This document shows positions 25,647-31,822 of a DNA stretch of 32,000 nucleotides, piece by piece. The notes under the pieces were generated by a model. The model was not told the origin of the DNA and searched no databases. It saw only the letters and a list, made by a program, of their open reading frames with translations. Source of the stretch: Crocosphaera subtropica ATCC 51142 (GTDB lineage Bacteria; Cyanobacteriota; Cyanobacteriia; Cyanobacteriales; Microcystaceae); NCBI RefSeq assembly GCF_000017845.1, contig NC_010547.1, positions 150,001 to 182,000 on the forward strand, in the 5' to 3' direction. The position numbers and the translations under genes were made by a program. How positions within the stretch are numbered: position 1 is the stretch's first letter; each line of letters starts with the position of its first letter.

Positions 25647-27302
25647 ATGCAAACCTTTCAAATCACAGTCGATAGTAATGTTTTAGAAAAAGCTAAACAC
25701 TTTTTCAATTCAGGATTGAACGATATTCTTAACGAACTTCTACAGAATGCCCGTAGAGCAAAAGCCTCCTGTATTTGGATTAGAACCTATATCGAAGACG
25801 GTATGCGCTTTTGTTCTATCATGGACGATGGAGAAGGCATTTTCAAAGAGGATGTCAGAATAGCTCTAGGTGGAAGTGATTGGGACTCTGAGATCCAAGA
25901 ATCAGAAAATCCTGCGGGATGCGGACTATTCTCGTTAGCAAACCGAGGATGCCAAATCGAGGCTAATGGAAAAAGAGTAAATATCACGTCAGAAGCCTTT
26001 ACCGGGAAAATTCCAGTAGCAATCGAAGAGACTGAATTTAGTAACGGAACAAGAATTGATTTTGTGCTTAACGCTGAAGAATCTGAAAGCCTTGAAGAAA
26101 CAGTCAATAAGGCGACTAAGTATTATTCTTTGCCAGTGTATTTCGAGCGTACCAGGATAAAGCGACGTGATTTCCTCGAAGCCGCTTTGTTCATCAAAGA
26201 ATGGTCTGGGCTACGGATTGGTGTCGTAGAAGAAACCTATTGTTGGCATGACGGAGAAATAAACTTTCATGGTCTTACCGTAGAGCAAAACTTTTCTCAT
26301 ATTCTTCTCAGTAAAGCCCGTGAAATTTATCGAGTAAAATACCTGACTACACGGATCGAGGTCATTGATTGCCCTGAATTAAAGCTCGTCTTACCTGCGC
26401 GGAAAGAAGTCGTGCAAAACGAGTTTCTAGCCCAACTTCAAGTGGAGTGTGAGCGCACGATTTACGAGTACATCCGCAAGTTATATGCACACCGACTCCC
26501 GTATCAGTCATGGGAAAAGGCAAAGACTCTAGGCGTTGACCTGCCTGAAGCAGAACCTAAGTTATACACCTGGGTTCCTGATTGCTTGGATAATTACAGT
26601 GGTTGTAATGGAGAGTTAGTCGATGTCAATGACCGATGCTTATTGGTCGATGTGACTGACGAAACCTATGACCTTGCTGATTACCACGTATTTGCCCATG
26701 CTTGGAACCGATCAGGGAACGGGATTCTCCTAGAGCCTGATCCCGATTATGCAGGGTATTCTTGGTATAATGCCTTGACCAAAATCGTGGACTTCTCGGT
26801 AATTGTCCAATTAAGGGACGAGAAAGAGCCCTTAGAACGGTGCATGAGAAGTACCAAGTTTCAGCGCCCAGACGATATCAGAATCATCTATTTCACTCTG
26901 AAGGGAAACGCTGATAAAGAACCATTAGCCAATAAACTATCCACTGACATTGCTTTCATTTCGGAACTCGATGACGGAATTTGGGGTGGAATCGAGGATG
27001 TGACCTTACTCATCACCAAGGATAGTGAAACCAACACCGAAACTCTCAATCGTCTTCTAATGAATGTTTACTTCCAAACAAGTGATTGTACTGATGAGTT
27101 TGGCTATGATACCCAACGAGAAATGTTCAGTAGCGAAATTAACCAACTGATCAACTCTGTTCTTCATGATGAAGACTACGCGAACCGCCAGAAGATAGCT
27201 GAATTAGCACAGAAGGTTCTAGCGTGGGAAACACCATACGGCAAAACAACTCAAATCACGATTAAGCCGGGTGGCAATATCGACGTAACATTCATCGACT
27301 AG
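25647..27302 (+). CDS. GHKL-superfamily ATPase (Hsp90/MORC-like Bergerat fold) with ~400 aa of unassigned C-terminal sequence
   Basis: 551 aa. N-box ILNELLQNARRA, G1 box DDGEGI, G2-like GCGLFS. Confidence 0.65.
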   Translation: MQTFQITVDSNVLEKAKHFFNSGLNDILNELLQNARRAKASCIWIRTYIEDGMRFCSIMDDGEGIFKEDVRIALGGSDWDSEIQESENPAGCGLFSLANRGCQIEANGKRVNITSEAFTGKIPVAIEETEFSNGTRIDFVLNAEESESLEETVNKATKYYSLPVYFERTRIKRRDFLEAALFIKEWSGLRIGVVEETYCWHDGEINFHGLTVEQNFSHILLSKAREIYRVKYLTTRIEVIDCPELKLVLPARKEVVQNEFLAQLQVECERTIYEYIRKLYAHRLPYQSWEKAKTLGVDLPEAEPKLYTWVPDCLDNYSGCNGELVDVNDRCLLVDVTDETYDLADYHVFAHAWNRSGNGILLEPDPDYAGYSWYNALTKIVDFSVIVQLRDEKEPLERCMRSTKFQRPDDIRIIYFTLKGNADKEPLANKLSTDIAFISELDDGIWGGIEDVTLLITKDSETNTETLNRLLMNVYFQTSDCTDEFGYDTQREMFSSEINQLINSVLHDEDYANRQKIAELAQKVLAWETPYGKTTQITIKPGGNIDVTFID

Positions 27303-27310
27303 ACAAGAGA

Positions 27311-27338
27311 GAGAGGAGGCTTCGGCCTCTTCTTTTTT
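27311..27338 (+). terminator. Intrinsic terminator after the GHKL gene
   Basis: GAGAGGAGGC-TTCG-GCCTCTTC stem with a TTCG tetraloop, followed by a T-run. Confidence 0.75.
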
Positions 27339-27431
27339 CCGACAAAATCCCGACGAAATCTAGCACGAAAAACCGACTAAGTTTAGGGCATTATAAAGTA
27401 ACCTATATCTCAGACTGGGCAAGGATTACAA

Positions 27432-27482
27432 CCTTCCGCAGCAGTTACTATTTTTCTTATATAAAATCGTGGTTGCTGCGGG
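27432..27482 (+). repeat. Hairpin repeat copy 4
   Basis: CCGCAGCAGTTAC ... GTGGTTGCTGCGG: a 13-bp stem containing three consecutive G-T/T-G wobbles, an A/T inner stem, and a loop containing CTTAT. Confidence 0.8.
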
Positions 27483-27502
27483 TAGCTTTTGATCTGTCAA
27501 TC

Positions 27503-27687
27503 GATTGCAGATTGCCGAGGGCAGATTGTAGATTGACCCCTGCTTGAAAGACAGTGGCTTGGGATTAAAGATTGTAGATTTTAGATTAATTGTTGATTGT
27601 TGAGGGTAGATTTCAGATTGACCAATGCTTGAAAGTCAAGGCTTGTTCTTACTTAATCTCCAATCTGCAATCTCCATTCTCCAATCT
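27503..27687. repeat. AGATTG / CAATCT repeat array upstream of dnaX
   Basis: About 9 forward (A)GATT(G) units lie in 27503-27620, and 4-5 inverted CAATCT units lie in 27655-27687. GATTGCAGATTG (27503-27514) is the exact reverse complement of CAATCTGCAATC (27661-27672). A ~31-nt direct repeat, AGATTGACCnnTGCTTGAAAG..GGCTTG, occurs at 27530 and 27615. Confidence 0.8.
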
Positions 27688-27698
27688 TTGGTCAGGAG

Positions 27699-27706
27699 CC
27701 TAGCGG
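27699..27706 (+). promoter_or_regulatory. Near-match CCTAGCGG (CTAGCG core)
   Basis: Matches the motif at 6 of 8 positions, 44 nt upstream of the dnaX ATG at 27743. Confidence 0.3.
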
Positions 27707-27742
27707 CTGGTCATCTTGACAAAGATATTAGGAGCCAGTCTT

Positions 27743-28861
27743 ATGCCCAACGTAAAAACAAAACAAGCTTTTCAACCGTGGCACTTAAAATATCGCCCTC
27801 AATCAATCAATGATTTGACGGGGCAAGACTCAGTACAAAAGGTATTGACCCGATTGATCACGGAAGATTCCGTACCTCAAGCCTTGTTGTTATCTGGGCC
27901 TAAAGGCACAGGAAAAACTAGCACTGCTCGGATTATTGCCATGAGTTTGAACTGTGAGAAAGGCGTGACCACAACGCCCTGTGGCGAGTGCAAGAACTGC
28001 AAAGCCATACAAAACGGTAACAGCTTAGACGTTGTAGAGCTTGATGCCGCTTCGCATAATGGCGTTGATGATATCAGAAAGTTAGTTGCTGATGCGGGCT
28101 ATGCTCCGTTCTCTGCGCGTACCCGTGTGTTTATCATTGATGAAGCCCATCAACTTAGTAATTCTGCACAAAATGCTTTTCTTAAGACCCTTGAAGAACC
28201 CAACAACCATACCAAGTTCTTACTAGCAACCACCGAACCTCACAAAATGCTAGAAACAGTGAGGAGTCGCTGTTTACCCCTTCGCTTCCGACCCATTTCC
28301 CAATCAGAAGTGGCGCAGCGACTAGAGGACATTGCTAAGAAAGAGGGAGTCTCCATTGATGATAGTTGCCTAGAAGCGATCGCCCGAAGTTCTAAAGGGG
28401 GGATGCGCGATTCGATTCAACTTCTCTTTGAGGTGTTTTGCCACAAAGAAGGAGACGAACCAGTCAAAGTCGATAAAGTCTATGAAGTGACGAAGGAGCT
28501 TAATCCCACGCAAGTTGAATTCTTGCTATCGGCGGTAGCTCAAGGAGATAGCTACAATTTAGTTCGGTGTTGCAACGCGATTGAAGAGTCAGCCCTCGAT
28601 ATCAACAAAGTCTTTGATGCGTTGTTGACTGCATGGACGGACGTTATGGCAGTTGTCCTAGGAGCCAACCCGAAGCAAATCGCCAAAACCTCAATTTTAG
28701 GTACAGAGAACTTAGAGACACTCAGTCAGAAACTCGACTTAACCATGCTGACAGTGGGGCTAGAAAAGTTAGACCAAGCTGAAAGACGCATTGCGACCTC
28801 TTCTAACAGTAGTCGCTGGCTGTTAGCTACTTTATTGTCCTTAGTCAATGGAGGTGAGTGA
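27743..28861 (+). CDS. dnaX: DNA polymerase III gamma-like clamp-loader ATPase (short DnaX, no tau C-terminal domains)
   Basis: ATG 27743 (AGGAG upstream) is preferred over the TTG at 27716. Walker A GPKGTGKT, Zn module CGECKNCKAI, Walker B FIIDEAH, and SRC motif VRSRCLPLRF. Only ~372 aa. Confidence 0.85.
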   Translation: MPNVKTKQAFQPWHLKYRPQSINDLTGQDSVQKVLTRLITEDSVPQALLLSGPKGTGKTSTARIIAMSLNCEKGVTTTPCGECKNCKAIQNGNSLDVVELDAASHNGVDDIRKLVADAGYAPFSARTRVFIIDEAHQLSNSAQNAFLKTLEEPNNHTKFLLATTEPHKMLETVRSRCLPLRFRPISQSEVAQRLEDIAKKEGVSIDDSCLEAIARSSKGGMRDSIQLLFEVFCHKEGDEPVKVDKVYEVTKELNPTQVEFLLSAVAQGDSYNLVRCCNAIEESALDINKVFDALLTAWTDVMAVVLGANPKQIAKTSILGTENLETLSQKLDLTMLTVGLEKLDQAERRIATSSNSSRWLLATLLSLVNGGE

Positions 28862-28862
28862 T

Positions 28863-29768
28863 ATGCTTTATGTCATCGCAGGAGACGACACCTTCCGAAA
28901 GTCAGAAAAGATCGCAGCAATCATCAAAGAAGGGGACTACGAAAGGTTTAATGTAGTTTCCCTCGAAGATGCGATTAGGGATGCACTGAGTCCAGGTCTG
29001 TTCTCAAAGAAAGCAATGGTATTTGAGGGCAAAGAGATTCCTTACAAGGATTCTAAGCCTTTAGAACCTGTTGTGAATAGTGAAAATGCCGTGATTCTCG
29101 ATATTACTTCTGTAGATGGTCGTACCAAGTTAGGTAAATGGCTAAACAAACAAAAGTGTGTTGAAAGAATCAACGCGCTAAACCAATTCCAAGAAGATAA
29201 AATCAAAGCCGAACTAGCGATGCGATCGCTTAAATTGGGACTTGACCTAAGTATCCATGCTAAACAGTATTTATTAGAAGCGGTTGGGCCAGACATTGGA
29301 AGAATGCAAAGAGAACTAGAGCTAATCAAAGCCTATTTCGGAGATGGTCAGGTTCTTGCCACAGAGTTACCGACGTTAGTACCGGATTATGCACAAACTA
29401 GCTACCAACTAGCAACAGCACTGACCGAATTCCCAAAGACAGTCTATGAACGGACTCAAAGTTTAATTGACCTTGGGATTCATCCATTGCAAATCTTGGC
29501 AACTCTTATCAATCGCATAGAAAAGCTTATGCTCACCGCCATTGGTATAGAGTCAGGGTTAGCAAGAGAACAGATAGCAGAGGAATTGCTGCACCTGCCC
29601 AATAATGGACGAGTATTCTACCTCATTAAAGACGTGGAATATCTCTCAGCAAAGCAACTACAGCAAGCTTTTGTTGAATTGTGCGGGCTTACTCATCGAC
29701 TGAAACGAGGCACTCAGACTGAGAGACTGCCTCTTGAATTGGCGCTGATTGCCTCAAAGTTAGCATAA
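28863..29768 (+). CDS. holA: DNA polymerase III delta-like subunit (HolA family)
   Basis: ATG 28863 lies 1 nt after the dnaX stop, with GGAGGTGAG upstream. MLYVIAGDD start, and collinear similarity by eye to HolA blocks (AKQYLLEAVGPDIGRMQRELELI, PLQILATLINRIEKL, LSAKQLQQAFVEL). Confidence 0.7.
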   Translation: MLYVIAGDDTFRKSEKIAAIIKEGDYERFNVVSLEDAIRDALSPGLFSKKAMVFEGKEIPYKDSKPLEPVVNSENAVILDITSVDGRTKLGKWLNKQKCVERINALNQFQEDKIKAELAMRSLKLGLDLSIHAKQYLLEAVGPDIGRMQRELELIKAYFGDGQVLATELPTLVPDYAQTSYQLATALTEFPKTVYERTQSLIDLGIHPLQILATLINRIEKLMLTAIGIESGLAREQIAEELLHLPNNGRVFYLIKDVEYLSAKQLQQAFVELCGLTHRLKRGTQTERLPLELALIASKLA

Positions 29769-29777
29769 CTATGCAAA

Positions 29778-29808
29778 AGCTAGGTTTTAGACCTGGCTAT
29801 TTTTTTTT
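29778..29808 (+). terminator. Intrinsic terminator after holA
   Basis: AGCTAGGT-TTTAG-ACCTGGCT 8-bp stem followed by A plus T9. Confidence 0.75.
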
Positions 29809-29892
29809 ATCTAGTTGTGGGGAAGCCACGCTTTCTACCTTCTTAAAAATCAGTGTGCGGAGTCGTTACTAGGTTGCTCCACGGAAAATAAC

Positions 29893-29900
29893 GCTAGCGC
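29893..29900 (+). promoter_or_regulatory. GCTAGCGC motif, copy 5
   Basis: Exact 8-mer, 42 nt upstream of ATG 29935. Confidence 0.5.
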
Positions 29901-29934
29901 GAATGTCAATGACAAGTTATTGGAGGCTTCGTTT

Positions 29935-30120
29935 ATGATTTGTCCAATCATTGCACAATATGCTCGTATCGTTGAAGTTCATCTCTTTCAGGAGTACGTT
30001 ACAATTTTTGTAGAAGGACGCGGTACTTTTCACGTTCGTATGCTAATGAGCAAATTAGCTTGTTCTTTAGAGGATAAGCCCTATTCTTCTTGTAACCGAG
30101 AAGACGGAATTCCTTTCTAG
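29935..30120 (+). CDS. Small hypothetical protein (61 aa)
   Basis: ATG 29935 is preferred: GGAGG lies 8 nt upstream and GCTAGCGC 42 nt upstream. The longer 29815 start would begin just after, and reads through the region of, the holA terminator. Confidence 0.5.
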   Translation: MICPIIAQYARIVEVHLFQEYVTIFVEGRGTFHVRMLMSKLACSLEDKPYSSCNREDGIPF

Positions 30121-30129
30121 GAAATTACT

Positions 30130-30154
30130 AGCCCTCGATAGGGCTTTTTTTTTT
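30130..30154 (+). terminator. Intrinsic terminator
   Basis: AGCCCT-CGAT-AGGGCT followed by T10. Confidence 0.8.
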
Positions 30155-30179
30155 GCTATTGTTGAATGAGAAAATAAAT

Positions 30180-30187
30180 GCTAGCGC
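30180..30187 (+). promoter_or_regulatory. GCTAGCGC motif, copy 6
   Basis: Exact 8-mer, 43 nt upstream of ATG 30223 and 26 nt after a terminator. Confidence 0.5.
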
Positions 30188-30222
30188 AAGATTAAACGAC
30201 CTTAAAAGATACCAGTGAAAAT

Positions 30223-30408
30223 ATGTGCGAAAACAGAGTCACCCTCAATATTTCTGAACGAGAGTTAGCCACTATACTGGCCTCTTTAGAATTATTCAGA
30301 AAGGAACGAGCAAAGGAAGACTTTAGACCATATTCAGAGCAATTCGAGGAAATTGAGCCTCTGACAGTTGAAGAAGTGGATAAGCTTACTGACTATCTGG
30401 AAAATTAG
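30223..30408 (+). CDS. Small hypothetical protein (61 aa) consisting of one RELATIL...EPLT domain
   Basis: The ORF sits between a promoter motif and a terminator. It is paralogous to residues 83-130 of the next gene product. Confidence 0.55.
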   Translation: MCENRVTLNISERELATILASLELFRKERAKEDFRPYSEQFEEIEPLTVEEVDKLTDYLEN

Positions 30409-30415
30409 AGAATTG

Positions 30416-30445
30416 GAGCTAGGTGTCATCCCAGCTCTTTTTTTT
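30416..30445 (+). terminator. Intrinsic terminator
   Basis: GAGCT(A)GG-TGTCATC-CCAGCTC followed by T8. Confidence 0.7.
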
Positions 30446-30448
30446 CAG

Positions 30449-30456
30449 GCTAGCGC
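30449..30456 (+). promoter_or_regulatory. GCTAGCGC motif, copy 7
   Basis: Exact 8-mer, 41 nt upstream of ATG 30490 and 4 nt after a terminator T-run. Confidence 0.5.
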
Positions 30457-30489
30457 CAGTTAAAGCGACCTTTATTCGCTTAAAAACTA

Positions 30490-31329
30490 ATGAGCAATCA
30501 AAATAAAGCATGGGATTTATATCTTAAGGGAAACAAGCTCGCAGAAGAACAGAAGATCGAAGAAGCGATCGCAGTCTATAAAGAATCAATTGATCTCTAT
30601 CCCCACCATGAAGAAGTTTATAATAACTTAGGGGTTCTTTACCATGACTTAGGCAAACACGAAGATGCAACCGCGTTTTTTGAGCAAGGAATTGCGATCG
30701 CCATGAGAAATACCAAGGCTCCCAGTCCTCAGTTTAATCCCAGAGAATTAGCCACGATATTAGTGGCACTCCGATTGTTCCAGAGAACGCCAAGTGTAAA
30801 GAAGCAACTATTAGAATATTTCGAGGAAACCGAACCCTTAACTGCGTCTGAGATAGATGAGTTATGTGAACGACTCAACTGTTCATGCTCAAGCACAGAC
30901 CTCGCATCCAAAACACTAAATATTAGTGAAAGGCTGACAGCGATCGGGGAAATCGAAGTTTTAATGGCTGAGAGTTACAGAATAAGGACATTGACTCGAA
31001 TTTGGGCTACTTTTCCTGAAATTACCTCAGTCGAATTTGCCGAGATTGAAGAAGGTACTGAGGTGGCACCAGGAACGATTGCTTTGACCGATATTCAGTT
31101 TATAAGCGAAGATTCTGCTACAGAGATTATCAAACGAAATAATCTTGAATTAGTCTCAGATCAATATCGTATAGAAGGGGATTCACTACAATTCTGGCAA
31201 TATCTCCTTTTATCAACATCGCCGACAGAAAAACTTATCGGTAAGCATGACCGTCCCGACGAGCTACCGAATCTTATCGATGTTATCGAACAAGTTTCCG
31301 ATCTGGGGAAACGCTTAGCAATCGACTAG
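30490..31329 (+). CDS. Hypothetical protein: N-terminal TPR pair, RELATIL...EPLT domain, unassigned C-terminal half
   Basis: 279 aa. TPR-like AIAVYKESIDLYPHHEEVYNNLGVLYHDLGKHEDATAFFEQGIAI. Central NPRELATILVALRLFQ...FEETEPLTASEIDELCERLN. Confidence 0.6.
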   Translation: MSNQNKAWDLYLKGNKLAEEQKIEEAIAVYKESIDLYPHHEEVYNNLGVLYHDLGKHEDATAFFEQGIAIAMRNTKAPSPQFNPRELATILVALRLFQRTPSVKKQLLEYFEETEPLTASEIDELCERLNCSCSSTDLASKTLNISERLTAIGEIEVLMAESYRIRTLTRIWATFPEITSVEFAEIEEGTEVAPGTIALTDIQFISEDSATEIIKRNNLELVSDQYRIEGDSLQFWQYLLLSTSPTEKLIGKHDRPDELPNLIDVIEQVSDLGKRLAID

Positions 31330-31360
31330 CGTCAGTAAACTTAGAAAGATTCATTTAACT

Positions 31361-31384
31361 AAGGGCATTATGCCCTTTTTTTTT
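31361..31384 (+). terminator. Intrinsic terminator
   Basis: AAGGGCA-TTA-TGCCCTT followed by a T-run. Confidence 0.8.
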
Positions 31385-31457
31385 GATGTAGGATGCACCT
31401 CCGACGAGTTACAGCGATTTTGATCAGTTATTTCGACAAATCAAAGAGGGGGAAAGG

Positions 31458-31465
31458 GCTAGCGC
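31458..31465 (+). promoter_or_regulatory. GCTAGCGC motif, copy 8
   Basis: Exact 8-mer, 43 nt upstream of ATG 31501. Confidence 0.5.
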
Positions 31466-31500
31466 CCACCTGAAAGGGAAATATCAGAGCAAAAAATCAA

Positions 31501-31701
31501 ATGAAGCAGTTTATCATCTTCTTATTGGCCATAGCCGTAGTAGTGACATCTATGGCTCTGTTCAAAGGCTATTTCATTAAAAATTATGGTGACGAGCCAT
31601 CATTTGAGCAGATTTGCTACGTTGGTCTTTTAACTATAGGTGGACTTAGTTTACCAATGGTGGTAATGACGATTATTACAACGCTGTTATCGGCGTTCTA
31701 A
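31501..31701 (+). CDS. Small membrane protein (two predicted TM helices)
   Basis: 66 aa with hydrophobic segments FIIFLLAIAVVVTSMALF and VGLLTIGGLSLPMVVMTIITTLLSAF. GCTAGCGC lies 43 nt upstream and a terminator lies downstream. Confidence 0.5.
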   Translation: MKQFIIFLLAIAVVVTSMALFKGYFIKNYGDEPSFEQICYVGLLTIGGLSLPMVVMTIITTLLSAF

Positions 31702-31717
31702 GAGGGAAAAAGACTAG

Positions 31718-31750
31718 GAGGAGATGAGTAATAGTCATCCTCTTTTTTTT
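31718..31750 (+). terminator. Intrinsic terminator
   Basis: GAGGA(GA)TGA-GTAATAG-TCATCCTC followed by T8. Confidence 0.7.
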
Positions 31751-31822
31751 GTAAGCGATTGTCACAAAAGATCACCCAGCGTCGCTTAAAATAATATGGA
31801 ATAAAGCGAGGTCGATTCATTA

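Noticed and set aside
25458-25661. A 67-aa minus-strand ORF between the acidic-protein and GHKL genes (and the 69-aa ORF at 25095-25304).
   Set aside because: It runs antisense through hairpin copy 3, a T10 run and a GCTAGCGC motif. It would be the only minus-strand gene in an otherwise strictly + strand block, and no family resemblance was seen.
27625-27813. A 62-aa ORF spanning the CAATCT array and the start of dnaX.
   Set aside because: It is composed of the repeat array itself, overlaps the dnaX ribosome-binding site and start, and has no independent support.
29815-29934. The longer 101-aa version of the ORF ending at 30120 (non-ATG start at 29815).
   Set aside because: It would begin just after the holA terminator T-run and read across the GCTAGCGC motif. 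ATG 29935 has a GGAGG Shine-Dalgarno sequence and the standard 42-nt motif spacing.
22201-31465. GCTAGCGC as a T7-like single-subunit RNA polymerase promoter.
   Set aside because: Only 8 nt are conserved, against about 20 for phage RNAP promoters, and no RNAP gene is in the window. It is kept as an unassigned promoter or operator motif instead.
22201-31750. An integron-like cassette array, with the hairpins or IRs acting as attC sites.
   Set aside because: There is no intI gene and no attI. The repeats lack the GTTRRRY-type core sites. Each gene carries its own upstream motif and terminator, unlike promoterless cassettes.
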